A stretch of DNA of 64,000 bases from Kofleriaceae bacterium (GCA_965215005.1 CBDCCZ010000001.1:64001-128000); one strand, 5' to 3'. Counted from the stretch's first letter, positions 12,202 to 22,248 are shown. Translations and numbers: made by a program. Notes: generated by a model from the letters alone, not told the origin.

Positions 12202-13550
12202 TCGCGAACGGCAACGGCGATTTGCTCACGACGTCGCGCTGCCCATAAAAAGGCAGCGGCGCTCAAGGGAGCCAGGAGCGCGGCGGCAACGCCAATGGTG
12301 TCGAGCGCGCCGTTGGTGCGGGTAGCGTTCCACGTGAGCAGCTGCAAGCAACCGACGCTGAAGTCGGTGGCGGCGCCGCCGGCTAGCGCCATGGCAAGCC
12401 AACGACGCCATCGGCGTGAGAGAGCGAGCAAACCGCCGAGCAGCACGACATCGACCGCCACCCACAGTAGCCGCACCGTCTCGGAAGGGAACCAGGCGCC
12501 GTCTACGACCACGAGAAGGGCCGTCCACGGCACCAGCAGCAACGCGAGCACGAGCGTCACCAGGGGGGCGCGATGCAGCGCCGTGGCGAGGCCGAAGCGC
12601 AGGAAGCTGCCCCGCGCGAACGCCCGCAAGCTGTCGATCACCGCTCGAACACCCCGCTCGCGCGCGGGATACGCTAAGTACACCGGTTGCCACGCGATCG
12701 GCTGGAGCTTGGCTTTAAACCGCCACAGCCCCTCAAAGTCATAGAGCCAGCGGGTGTGCTCGGCGATCCAACGCAACGCCCGGTGCGGCGTGTTCGCCAG
12801 CGGCGCAAGTCCATAGGTGACATAGCGGCTGCCTTCGGCGGCCACTGCGCGCATCGCGTGGTCGAAGAGCAGCTCGATGGTTCCGTTGGGAGCCGATGGC
12901 GCGCGCAACACGTCTTCGAAGAACCAGCCGTGTGCGGCCAAAATCGGCGCGGCAGACAACAAACCAACCACTCGACCGTCATGCTCGGCAACGAACACAC
13001 GGCGAGCACCGGGCTGGTCAAAGGGCGACAGCTGCACGATGAAGCCCATAGGGGCCATTGCACGGCTCTGCAGCCAGGTGCGAATCATCGCGTCGATGCG
13101 TTGGCGGATAGCGCTTTGCGGATCGGCGCAGTCGGCGCTCGATACGCGATGAACGACAACGCCTTTTGCCCGCGCCCTACGAAGCTGCTCACGCAGGCTG
13201 CGCTTTGCCTGCAGAGCTTGCGACCACCGATGCGGATCCCACACCGGCTGCTCGCCGATGTGCAGGTGCCGAAGCGGCAGCGTCCCGAAGCAATCGGTTT
13301 CGGTGGCGAAGAAGCGCAGCCGGCGATGCGCCGCCGCTGCGGCCTCGGCAAGCTCGGCAAAAGCGTTTTGCAGGTGCTCCGGGGCGCAGATGGGCTCGCC
13401 TGCCACCACCCAGGCGCTGCCGGTGTCGAAGTAGCCGGCGCACGCGGTTTTATCGGCGGCGAGCCAGAAACTCAGACCCGGCTCGAGAATCTGAAACGAC
13501 GTGGTAGTGCGGCCGTGCTTCTCGAGAAGCGCGCGGATGGCGTCGGCCAT
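12126..13550 (-). CDS. DUF2156 / phosphatidylglycerol lysyltransferase-like domain protein with C-terminal membrane segments
   Basis: AWVVAGEPIC, APSAPNGTIELL, GLAPLA, LYDFEGLWRFKAKLQP...WQPVYLA; four hydrophobic helices at the C-terminus. Start taken at ATG 13550. Confidence 0.82.
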   Translation of the reverse strand: MADAIRALLEKHGRTTTSFQILEPGLSFWLAADKTACAGYFDTGSAWVVAGEPICAPEHLQNAFAELAEAAAAAHRRLRFFATETDCFGTLPLRHLHIGEQPVWDPHRWSQALQAKRSLREQLRRARAKGVVVHRVSSADCADPQSAIRQRIDAMIRTWLQSRAMAPMGFIVQLSPFDQPGARRVFVAEHDGRVVGLLSAAPILAAHGWFFEDVLRAPSAPNGTIELLFDHAMRAVAAEGSRYVTYGLAPLANTPHRALRWIAEHTRWLYDFEGLWRFKAKLQPIAWQPVYLAYPARERGVRAVIDSLRAFARGSFLRFGLATALHRAPLVTLVLALLLVPWTALLVVVDGAWFPSETVRLLWVAVDVVLLGGLLALSRRWRRWLAMALAGGAATDFSVGCLQLLTWNATRTNGALDTIGVAAALLAPLSAAAFLWAARRREQIAVAVRDQWWSGPWSTGRRWRKKSPSSVKST

Positions 13551-13709
13551 GGGAACGTACAAAGCATAGCCGCCTCGGCGACGCAAGCGGGGGTTGCTGG
13601 GACGCTGCTGCGGAATCAATGGTGCGGTTGTCGGGCGCCCCGATGCGGGACGAGGGCAACCGAGAACCGCCCCTCGAGCTTCTCATCCAGCCGTTCCCAT
13701 CGCTTTCTG

Positions 13710-15398
13710 CTAGCGATTGCTGATGAGGGCGCGGTGGTGCTTCTCGGCATCGGACAAGAGCGCGAGCAGGTCGCCGCGCTCGTTGGAGGTGCCGGCCGCG
13801 GCGGTGGCAATAGCGCGTATGTCGCGCAAGCGCCACGAGGCGGCATATGGGGAGCCGCGCAGCACTTCGGCGGTTGCCATGACGGCGACGGCAAAGCGAA
13901 AGTCGGCCGAGGCGGCTGCGAACGATGGCGCGAGCTCTTCGGACGCGAAGGAATAGGTGTGCTCGCTAGCGCGCGTGCCGCGCGGCTCCTTGGCGCGCAC
14001 CCGAACCGTTGCCAGCGGCAAGCGCGGGTCTTTGATCACCAGCTCGTAGAGCGCGGTGACCGTGTGTCCTGCGCCGATCTCGCCCGCGTCCACGGCGTCG
14101 TTGCGAAAGTCATCATCGGCGAGGTCGCGGTTCTCGTAGCCGATGAGGCGATAGCTGCTCACTGCCGCTGGATTCATCTCGACTTGGAGCTTCACGTCTT
14201 TGGCAACGACCTGCAGAACCCCGCCCAGTTGCTCGCCGAGCACGCGCTTGGCCTCGCGGAGCGAGTCGATGTAGTAGTAGTTGCCGTTGCCGCGGTCGGC
14301 GAGCTGCTCCATCATCGAGTCGCGGTAGTTGCCGGTGCCGAACCCAATGGTCGACAGCGTGACACCTTCGGCAACTTTGGCGGCAATGGCGGCGAGGATC
14401 TGCTCATGGCTCGTGGCGCCCACGTTGGCGTCCCCGTCGGAAAACACGATGACGCGACTGGTGGAGTTTGGGGCCAGATTCTTGGCTGCTAGCGCATACG
14501 CGAGCTCCATGCCAGAGGCCATGGAAGTCGAGCCACCGGCAGAAAGATCGTCGATCGCGGCGAGAATGGCGCTTCTCTTGGCGATGCTGGTTGGCTCGAG
14601 GACCACCCGCGTGTTGCCAGCATAGGTGGCAAGCGCGACAGTATCGCCCTGCTGCAGATTGTCCACCACGATGCGCAAGGCGCTCTTGGCGAGCTCGAGC
14701 TTATCGGGCGATTCCATGGAGCCGGAGACATCGACGAGGAATACCAGGTGGGCGGGCTGCCGCTGGTTGGCAGAGAGTCGTTTGGCCGCAACGCCGATCC
14801 GAAGCAGATGCTTGCCATTGCTGAGCGGCGAAGGCGCGGCGTCGAGGTGCACGGCAAATGGTGCTTGGTCGCGCGGACCCGCGTAGTCGTAGCCGAAGTA
14901 GTTGATGAATTCTTCAACGCGCACGTCTGCGGGCGGGACCGCATGACCATCGTGAAGTCGTCGTCGAGTGAGCGTATAGGAGCCGGCATCGACATCAATC
15001 GCAAAGGTCGATAGGCGGTCGTCCCTGGTGGCGATGAAGGGATTGACGACAGCGGTGTCATCTTCGGGAATGCGGATTAAGGGGGTTGATGCCGCGATCT
15101 GACCCGCACGAGGTTTCGACCGCCGTGCCGCGAGCTCAGCGTGCGCTGTGACTGGTGCGACCGGAGCTGGTTGCATCTCCGCCCGATGCGCATCCTCGTC
15201 GGCGGACGCAATGCCGGTGCTGGGGGCGTCGTCGCTTCCAGCGGTGGCACCGCCGACGCTAGAGGCCTGGTCTTTTGCTGCGATATACGGGGTTGGCTCG
15301 GCGGTGTGCGTTGCGGAGTGGGATTCGGGCGGGCGGTTGCAGCCGCCAAAGAGGGCGCTGGCAACCGCGCCGAGATAGAGAGCCTGAGTAGAGCGCAT
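13710..15398 (-). CDS. YfbK-like VWA domain lipoprotein (vWF_A / VWA / DUF3520)
   Basis: STFAIDVDAGSY, VRVEEFINYF, LVDVSGSM MIDAS, SDGDANVG, YRLIGYENR, DAGEIGAGHTVTALYE; SD AGGAGG before ATG 15398; lipobox FGGC. Confidence 0.92.
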   Translation of the reverse strand: MRSTQALYLGAVASALFGGCNRPPESHSATHTAEPTPYIAAKDQASSVGGATAGSDDAPSTGIASADEDAHRAEMQPAPVAPVTAHAELAARRSKPRAGQIAASTPLIRIPEDDTAVVNPFIATRDDRLSTFAIDVDAGSYTLTRRRLHDGHAVPPADVRVEEFINYFGYDYAGPRDQAPFAVHLDAAPSPLSNGKHLLRIGVAAKRLSANQRQPAHLVFLVDVSGSMESPDKLELAKSALRIVVDNLQQGDTVALATYAGNTRVVLEPTSIAKRSAILAAIDDLSAGGSTSMASGMELAYALAAKNLAPNSTSRVIVFSDGDANVGATSHEQILAAIAAKVAEGVTLSTIGFGTGNYRDSMMEQLADRGNGNYYYIDSLREAKRVLGEQLGGVLQVVAKDVKLQVEMNPAAVSSYRLIGYENRDLADDDFRNDAVDAGEIGAGHTVTALYELVIKDPRLPLATVRVRAKEPRGTRASEHTYSFASEELAPSFAAASADFRFAVAVMATAEVLRGSPYAASWRLRDIRAIATAAAGTSNERGDLLALLSDAEKHHRALISNR

Positions 15399-15487
15399 TG
15401 ATTCCTCCTGGATGGGTGGAGGGATCAACGAGCGGGATGCGCCCAGGGTCTGTAAAAAGTTGTCGCTTTCGGTGCTCGCGGCTTGCG

Positions 15488-18400
15488 CTACTCGACGAGC
15501 AACGGGCGCCGGAAAACCTCCACCCACGCGTCGCTTGCCGGCTGATCGATGACCCAGCTCGACATCACGACCTCATCGCCCGCGAGCGCTGCGGCGGCAT
15601 AGAAGCCGTAGCCACCGCGAAACGGTACGTCGTCGCCCGCGATCACGTCGCGACTCCAGGTGCCATCGGGGGCGCGCCGCGCGAGCAAGAGCTCATGGCT
15701 GGTCGCGTCCTGATACGCCACCACGGGGCCGGCGGGCCCGAGCACCAAGCTCGAGTCCTCGCCGACGAAGTGCAGCTCGGGGGTGGGCTCGGCGGCGCCC
15801 TCTTTGAGAACCTTGCGATAGCCGTCGTCGATGAGCTCGATTGAGCGATCGGCCGTGTTGATGTAGAAGAGGTCGTCGCTGGTGGCATTGACGTAGGTGA
15901 CGTGGATGACATCGTCGGCGCCCACCGCAATGCTGGGATACCAGCCGACGTCGGCGGACTCGCCATCGAGCACCTCGGGCGTGGTGAACACGCCGGCGAC
16001 CGGATCGAAACGCGCCAGCATCAGATCGCCCTGTTGTCGACTGTAGTAAGCGATGACCGGGCTCTGATCGGCGAGTCGTGCGGCATCGATGAAGAGGCCG
16101 GTGCCCGCGGGGATCGGAAACACGTCGCCCTCATCCGCGGCCGGCACCGTTGCTTCATCGACCACCCAAATCTGCCAATCGGCAGCGCTGGTGGGCGTTG
16201 CCGTCTGCGCCGAGGCGTAGCGCAGCTCGTTTCGCAGAGTTCCGTCGTCTGCGGTCACCTGCGCGAAGTACGCGATGCCCGGGCGGCCATCGTCACTGCG
16301 CAGAGTCAGGGAGGTATACAAGCCCGCCAGCTCCGCACCGCCTTCGTCGACGACGTGACTCTGCCAAACGCCACCGTAGTTGCCGATGAGGCGCAGCGCC
16401 CCCGCGTCGGCATCTAGGTAGCCAATGAGCACGGTGCCATCGGGCGCAACCGCGATGCTGGTGTGCTTACCGACATCGGGTCCCTTGGCGAAAACGCCGC
16501 CACGCACCTCAGACTGCGGCAGCACCACCGGCCCTTCCGGAACCCCGTCGATAAATTGCCAGCTTTCGCTTGAGATGCGGCCGGCACCTGCAACCTGCGC
16601 AACCATTAGATCGCCGTGGGTGGCGTTGTAGGCTGAAATCCACGCCGAGCCATCGGTGGCTACGGCGAGGTCTGAAAACTGGCCGACGTTGCCGTAGGTG
16701 ACGTCTTCGGCGCAGACGCATTGCTCCTGGAAGCACAGCGGGAACGTGTTCGTAGGGCACATCGCGGCGCAGTCCGCGTCGATGGCGCACATCGGCTCGG
16801 CATCAGAGGAGCTCGAGCCGCCGCAGCCGGATTGCAACGAGACGAGCGCCGCCAACAGCACGGTGAGGCTGCGTTTGACCCGCACGCCGCGCAGCGGGCG
16901 CCGTCGCAGAAAGAACATCGTGAAGGCGACCAAGAGCGCCAACACCGCGTGGCCACTGGCGCTGTCGCTGCGCGCATCGCAGTTGCAGCCGCCGCCATCA
17001 CCACCGCCGTGAAAGCCCGCAATCGGGGCCAAATCGAGCTCTTCGCGGCCTTCGTTGCCGCTGGAGTCGCGGGTCCAAACGGCAATGCGAGTGCCGGCGG
17101 CAATGCCTTGCAGCACGGTTTTCTCGATCGAGGTCTCATGTTGCCACTCGGTTGCCGGGCGATCGTCCTCAGGGCGGCCAAACGCCAGCTCGATCTCGTC
17201 GGCTTCGGCGACGAGGTCGGTGACCGGAAAACGAATCGCGTCGCCCTCTACCTCAATGCGATCGGTAAGTAGCTTGGGCGGAACCGAATCGATGATGACC
17301 GGCAGCGTCGTGCCGGCATCTTCGATGGTGCGATAGTCGCCGACCACCCGCGCCCGCAGCTCCAGCTGATAGCGACCCTGCCAAGCCAGCGCGCGGTCGG
17401 AAATGATCAATGGTGTCTGCTGGCTGAATGGACGATTCATTCCGCCATCGAGATTCCAGGTCCATTCGAGCGGCCGCCCGAGCGCGTCGGTGGCGTCGAC
17501 GTCGACGGTGATGGTTGGCAGCCGGCCTTCGGACGTTCCGGTGAAGAATCCGCGAACGATTTCTGGCGTGGGCACGTCGACGGCAGCGATCGCAGCGCGC
17601 GCGCCCGATACTTTCGGCGGCGCTGGTGCGGCGGCGAGCTCTGCAACGCGCGCGGTCAGATGCGCAAGTCGCGCCGGCTCTGCGGCTTGCGTGGGCACCG
17701 CTTGCGCAACGCTGTCGAGAAGCGCTGCGTTGGCGCCAAGACTCGCGTAGATGGCTAAGAACGTATCTTCGCTGGTTTGGACTTTCTGCAGGCGCAGGTC
17801 CGAGAGCGTGAAGCCTGCGATGTTTGGCAAGGTGAGGGCGCCGAGACCATCGGCGATGAGCGGCACGGCCAGGTCGAACACCGACGGCAGCACTTGCTCG
17901 AGCGTCGCCTTGTCCTCGCGGACGAACTCACTGTTGAGAACCTCGAGCGTGATGTTCTCGGTCTCGAGGCCAACCAGGGTGGGCATAATCGCGGGATTGC
18001 CCATTGCATCGGTGGTGAACTCGATATTGACGCCAACGTTCATCGATAGCTTGAGCGTAAAGCCGCGAACGAAGCGTTCGAACAAGAAGGCGTAGAAGTC
18101 GACCTCGAAGTTCTCGAGATGAATGGTGAGCGCTGGCGATTCGGCGGTGCCGTCACCGACGGTGAAGTCAGCTGGCTTTTGCGGTCGAGTGACGAGCAGC
18201 AGTGGGTCAGTTCCCTCGTCATTGCCGAGCTCCGATAGCGACGGCACGAGGATACCGATGGTCCCCAGGTTGAGCTGCTTGACCAAGCTCGTGCCAACGC
18301 CCAAACACAAGGCGCCCGAGGTGTAGGCGTGATGCGCGCCAAGGTCCAGTACGGTCTCGGAAACGCCAATCGCAACGTCTGAGGCGGGATCGGGCGCACC

Positions 18401-19471
18401 GAGGAACTCATCGGCTGGCGGCAGCTCGAAGGCGCCGCGCGCGTTGCGCGTGAGCGATGCGGGCGGGGCGGAGAAGTCGGGCGCTGCCACGCCGGGCACG
18501 CAGCGCACCGACTCATTGTCTTCTTCCTCGGAGCGCGTGGTGGGGTCGGCGTCGGCGTTGAGGCCGGTGACCATGCCGAGCGAAAGGCCGCCACCGGTGA
18601 GGCGGGCGTAGCCGCCGGGCACGCCGCGGACCTCCACCATCGCTTCGGTTCCGGGCGAGATTCCAGAGAGAATGGCGCCGACGTCGATGCGGCCCTCGAG
18701 GCCGAGCGGGGTCGGCAGAAATCCCTGCAACAGGTTGTTGATCGCCGGGCGCAAGACATTAAGCAGGAAGTCGCCGAGGAACGAGTTGATCACGCCCTCG
18801 AAGATATCGGCAACCACGTTGAGCACGGCGCGGGTGAGACCGCCGCCACAGCCCTGCACGTCCTCAAAGTCGACGCGGATGTCGGTGTTGTTGATCGACG
18901 CTAGGTCGATACCAACCTCGCCGGTCTCAGGCGATACGCTGAGCCGAATGTCACCATCGAGAGCGATGTCGGGAAATCGCATGGCGACGCGACATTCGCC
19001 ATCGAGGAGCCCCCAAAGCGCCTTCCATTTCAGCGACAGGGTGGTCGCGGCGGTGAACTCTGCGGCCACGCGCAACGTGTCTTCCCGATCCGCCACCGGC
19101 GAGGCCTCGGCGCTGGCGACCTCGAGCGAGATACGGCATCCAGGGCTGCAAGAGCCGTCCGCCTCATAGCAGATGGTGCCGTCGATGACGTCGCTGCTCA
19201 CCACTGAGCTTTCCGGCAGACAAAAGCCGCCACCGAGCACGTCGCGCACCGCCGCGGGTATTAGCGAGGTGATCTTCTCGAGGCCGGAGCGGGTCACGCG
19301 CACCTGCGCGCCGCCTTCGATGGTTTGGTCGGCGGGGAGGCCGCCTTCGGGCAGCGGCTCGATGCCGCACCCGCACCCGCTTCCGAGCCCGCCGAGCTCG
19401 CCGCAGGCGCCGAGCCCCACGAGCAAGACGAGCGATGAAATCCAGTTCCCCCAGCGTTGGCGAAAAAACAT
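15488..19471 (-). CDS. Large lipoprotein with internal MYXO-CTERM, second lipobox and C-terminal beta-propeller
   Basis: Lipobox GLGAC; internal GGGCNC-TM-RRR followed by KR-hydrophobic-LQSGC; seven G-x(2)-S-I-A-V-like blade repeats. Start at 19471 (GGAGG upstream) or 19543. Confidence 0.85.
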   Translation of the reverse strand: MFFRQRWGNWISSLVLLVGLGACGELGGLGSGCGCGIEPLPEGGLPADQTIEGGAQVRVTRSGLEKITSLIPAAVRDVLGGGFCLPESSVVSSDVIDGTICYEADGSCSPGCRISLEVASAEASPVADREDTLRVAAEFTAATTLSLKWKALWGLLDGECRVAMRFPDIALDGDIRLSVSPETGEVGIDLASINNTDIRVDFEDVQGCGGGLTRAVLNVVADIFEGVINSFLGDFLLNVLRPAINNLLQGFLPTPLGLEGRIDVGAILSGISPGTEAMVEVRGVPGGYARLTGGGLSLGMVTGLNADADPTTRSEEEDNESVRCVPGVAAPDFSAPPASLTRNARGAFELPPADEFLGAPDPASDVAIGVSETVLDLGAHHAYTSGALCLGVGTSLVKQLNLGTIGILVPSLSELGNDEGTDPLLLVTRPQKPADFTVGDGTAESPALTIHLENFEVDFYAFLFERFVRGFTLKLSMNVGVNIEFTTDAMGNPAIMPTLVGLETENITLEVLNSEFVREDKATLEQVLPSVFDLAVPLIADGLGALTLPNIAGFTLSDLRLQKVQTSEDTFLAIYASLGANAALLDSVAQAVPTQAAEPARLAHLTARVAELAAAPAPPKVSGARAAIAAVDVPTPEIVRGFFTGTSEGRLPTITVDVDATDALGRPLEWTWNLDGGMNRPFSQQTPLIISDRALAWQGRYQLELRARVVGDYRTIEDAGTTLPVIIDSVPPKLLTDRIEVEGDAIRFPVTDLVAEADEIELAFGRPEDDRPATEWQHETSIEKTVLQGIAAGTRIAVWTRDSSGNEGREELDLAPIAGFHGGGDGGGCNCDARSDSASGHAVLALLVAFTMFFLRRRPLRGVRVKRSLTVLLAALVSLQSGCGGSSSSDAEPMCAIDADCAAMCPTNTFPLCFQEQCVCAEDVTYGNVGQFSDLAVATDGSAWISAYNATHGDLMVAQVAGAGRISSESWQFIDGVPEGPVVLPQSEVRGGVFAKGPDVGKHTSIAVAPDGTVLIGYLDADAGALRLIGNYGGVWQSHVVDEGGAELAGLYTSLTLRSDDGRPGIAYFAQVTADDGTLRNELRYASAQTATPTSAADWQIWVVDEATVPAADEGDVFPIPAGTGLFIDAARLADQSPVIAYYSRQQGDLMLARFDPVAGVFTTPEVLDGESADVGWYPSIAVGADDVIHVTYVNATSDDLFYINTADRSIELIDDGYRKVLKEGAAEPTPELHFVGEDSSLVLGPAGPVVAYQDATSHELLLARRAPDGTWSRDVIAGDDVPFRGGYGFYAAAALAGDEVVMSSWVIDQPASDAWVEVFRRPLLVE

Positions 19472-19708
19472 GCGAACGAGGCCTCCCTGGCGACGCGTTC
19501 CCGACGCGCAACCCGTTTCCGTGATGCCGTAAAGCGGGTTCATGATAGCCGAGGTAGTCCTGGGTGGGAACGACGATCATGAGCGCTAGCTCATTAGAAT
19601 GACGGATGAATCTAGGGGGGTCCGGCCACTGACATGTAGGTCGTGGCTCGCAGACTCTTGACACTGGAGCGCCACCCGGATATCAAACCCGCCGGTCTCA
19701 TGACCTAA

Positions 19709-19782
<74 letters not shown>

Positions 19783-19815
19783 CTGCCAGTACCTTGAAAA
19801 CCGAATCGAGCCCGT

Positions 19816-19888
19816 GGGGGTATAGCTCAATTGGTAGAGCATCGGACTCTTAATCCGCTGGTTGAAGGTTCGAGTCCTTCTACCCTCA
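19816..19888 (+). tRNA. tRNA-Lys (anticodon CTT)
   Basis: Acceptor GGGGGTA/TACCCTC, loop CT-CTT-AA, T arm GAAGG TTCGAGT CCTTC; no CCA. Confidence 0.96.
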
Positions 19889-19899
19889 CCCAAGACGAC

Positions 19900-19930
19900 A
19901 CGCCGGGGCCTTCGGGTCCCGGCGTTGTTG
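19900..19930. terminator. Hairpin between the tRNA pair and the convergent gene
   Basis: ACGCCGGGGCC-TTCG-GGTCCCGGCGT followed by TGTTG. Confidence 0.7.
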
Positions 19931-19944
19931 CCCGGCGTTATTGC

Positions 19945-20580
19945 TCATTGCATCACGCCCAGCACGAACAATAGGTTGAGGTCCCAGCTCTGATAGTCGA
20001 GGTTGGAGTCGCCGTTGTCCTCGCTGTGAAACGCAATGGGGAGCCCCAACTGGGCGCCTAAGATGGTGTTGCCGTGCTCGAACGCAAACACCACCCCCGG
20101 ATCGATCAGGAAGCCCCAGCTGTCTTCGGTCTCGTCGTAGTCGACGATGTCGACTTGCGTGTTGAGCGTGACGTATTCGACGCCGGCGGCGAGCCGCCCG
20201 GCGATGAGCAAGTTTGCTGTCGGGCGCGTTGCCACCCGCAGGCCGCCCGTGCCGCGGAAGCGATTGGCGGAGAAGTCGGCGCCGACGTCGGTACCTGGAA
20301 CATTGATCTCTGAGTTCTCGAGGTGTAGCGGGCTCCACCCCAAGCCGATTTCGAAGCCAAGCAGAGGGCCTTCGTCATCGTCGCCATAGGAGCCGAGGCG
20401 CAGCCCGAGCTCGAAGCTGGTGTCAACGGCGGCGTCGTAGTCATCATCGTCCAGTGGTTGTGCGATACCCGCCGCGATTTCCGCAAATCTCTCCGCGTGA
20501 GCGGTTGATGCATGAAGCGTAGTAGCCACGCCGCCGAAGAAGACGGCGCAGGCGGTGATCGCGCACGAAGTAGTCCGCAT
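19945..20580 (-). CDS. Outer membrane beta-barrel protein
   Basis: Signal peptide ending AHA; about eight amphipathic beta strands. Start taken at MRTTSCA rather than the longer track start. Confidence 0.75.
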   Translation of the reverse strand: MRTTSCAITACAVFFGGVATTLHASTAHAERFAEIAAGIAQPLDDDDYDAAVDTSFELGLRLGSYGDDDEGPLLGFEIGLGWSPLHLENSEINVPGTDVGADFSANRFRGTGGLRVATRPTANLLIAGRLAAGVEYVTLNTQVDIVDYDETEDSWGFLIDPGVVFAFEHGNTILGAQLGLPIAFHSEDNGDSNLDYQSWDLNLLFVLGVMQ

Positions 20581-20855
20581 ACGCTGGACGGTACAGTGCT
20601 GCCGCCTCGGCTGCGACACACCGCCGCACGTATCGCTGAACCCGCTGTTTATTAACCGCAAAAAGAGACCGCGGCGTGTGTGTCCTAAGTACTTGTGGCG
20701 GAAGCCGTGAGCCGCTAGAAAACGACGAGCGACGGGGGAGACGCCGGAAGGAAGCGCCAGCTGCGGCTCGCGTCGGACCTCGCCCCGCATCGGTCGGGCG
20801 AGTCGCCTGATGATGACTAGAGGCGCAGCGGCTGCCGCGGTATCCTGCGAGAGTC

Positions 20856-21734
20856 ATGCAGTTGTTACGAGATATCGTTGATTACATAGAAGCGAACGCC
20901 GAGACCATTGCGATCACCTTGGCCACTGTGTTGGGCATCTTCATCGCGTCGTACATCGCGGCAAAGATGTTCTCTAAAGCAGCCGGGCGCGCGGTGCGTC
21001 GCGGTCACGACATGCGTCGCAAGACGCTGGCGCCCATCATCGAGACGCTGGTGTTCGCGGTGATCCTCGGCGCTGGCGCCATCATGGCGCTCGATGAGGC
21101 TGGGTTGAATGTTGCCACCATCTTGGCTGGCGCCGGTATCATCGGTTTGGCAGTCGGCTTCGGCGCTCAAACCTTGGTGAAAGACTGCATTAGCGGCTTC
21201 TTCCTAATTCTCGACGGCGTCATCGCCGAAGGCGACATCGCCCAAATCGGCGACAAATCCGGCACCGTTGAGCGCGTCGGGCTGCGCGTCACCCAGGTGC
21301 GAAGCTATAATGGAACACTTTGGTACGTTCCCAACGGCACAATCGAGGTCGTGGGCAACTTCACCCGCGGCTGGATGCGCGCCATTATCGAAGTTGGGCT
21401 CGCCTACGAGCAGGATGTGAGCAAAGGCCTGCGCGTGCTCGAAGAGGTGGGCGCGCAGTGGGCCGCCGACCACCCTGAGATCGTCCTCGATCCGCCCGAA
21501 GCTCAAGGTGTCCTCGGCCTCAACTCCTCCGACGTGAGCGTGCGCCTAGTGGTCAAAGTCGACAATTCCAAAGCCGCCGTGTGGGGCGCCGAGCGTGAGC
21601 TACGCAAGCGCGTAAAAGCCGCCTTCGACGCCAGCGGAGTCGAAATCCCCTTCCCCCGCTCCGTCGTCTATCACCGCCAAGAAGACGGCGACGGCCTCCG
21701 CATCGTCGCAGACCCCAAGTCCGACGCCGCCTAA
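20856..21734 (+). CDS. Small-conductance mechanosensitive channel (MscS family)
   Basis: LAGAGIIGLAVGFGAQTLVKD, GTVERVGLRVT, VPNG, GVEIPFP. Confidence 0.93.
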   Translation: MQLLRDIVDYIEANAETIAITLATVLGIFIASYIAAKMFSKAAGRAVRRGHDMRRKTLAPIIETLVFAVILGAGAIMALDEAGLNVATILAGAGIIGLAVGFGAQTLVKDCISGFFLILDGVIAEGDIAQIGDKSGTVERVGLRVTQVRSYNGTLWYVPNGTIEVVGNFTRGWMRAIIEVGLAYEQDVSKGLRVLEEVGAQWAADHPEIVLDPPEAQGVLGLNSSDVSVRLVVKVDNSKAAVWGAERELRKRVKAAFDASGVEIPFPRSVVYHRQEDGDGLRIVADPKSDAA

Positions 21735-21931
21735 ACCGCCGTTTCCCCGAGCAGCATTCGAGCCGGCACTAGGCGCGGCAACGCGCCCGCCGCTCATGCC
21801 ACGCGCCGTGTATTCGGCCTTGGCGCGTTACTTCTGCGCAGCCGCATCGGAGTTAAACGAGGCGGTACCACGTGTAGTGATGTCCTTTGCGGCGTTGCAG
21901 ACGCGAAGGCACGCGCTGCATACTCTGCCGC

Positions 21932-22093
21932 ATGTTGAGTACCGCTTGGATGCATCCTGGGCATGGGCACGTGCCTCCTGAGTCGGCGGCGCATTGGCTC
22001 GTTGAGCCTGTGCACGCGATCTTGCTCGTCGCGTTGCTTGGTGCCGCGACCGCTGGATTGGCTGTGTTCCGAACCCGGCGTTTTCGGCAATAG
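21932..22093 (+). CDS. Small His-rich membrane protein (53 aa)
   Basis: MLSTAWMHPGHGHVPPESAAHWLVEPVH, one TM helix, RTRRFR; TACTCT -10-like box 5 nt before the ATG. Confidence 0.6.
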   Translation: MLSTAWMHPGHGHVPPESAAHWLVEPVHAILLVALLGAATAGLAVFRTRRFRQ

Positions 22094-22248
22094 CTCGAAG
22101 AAAGAGCCGGAGCCGTGGCGAGAGCTGGCCTACGGTCGCGCATAGGCTGCTGTCTGATGAGGCGCCGAGGGCGCCGCGAAGCGAGGCCGAGCGGGGCTCG
22201 ACCGGCTTCAGCGGCGATGTTTCGGTCGGAGGGCTCGGCGGTGGCGGA

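Noticed and set aside
12687..14492. 601-aa plus-strand ORF
   Set aside because: Antisense shadow of the DUF2156 and VWA genes, expected in high-GC DNA; no motifs.
20821..20836. Sigma54-like AGGCGCAGCGGCTGCC before the first mscS
   Set aside because: Low-complexity match, and a TATCCT -10-like box explains the promoter equally well; not counted.
22094..22248. REP-like GC-rich palindromic stretch
   Set aside because: No second copy found in the window.
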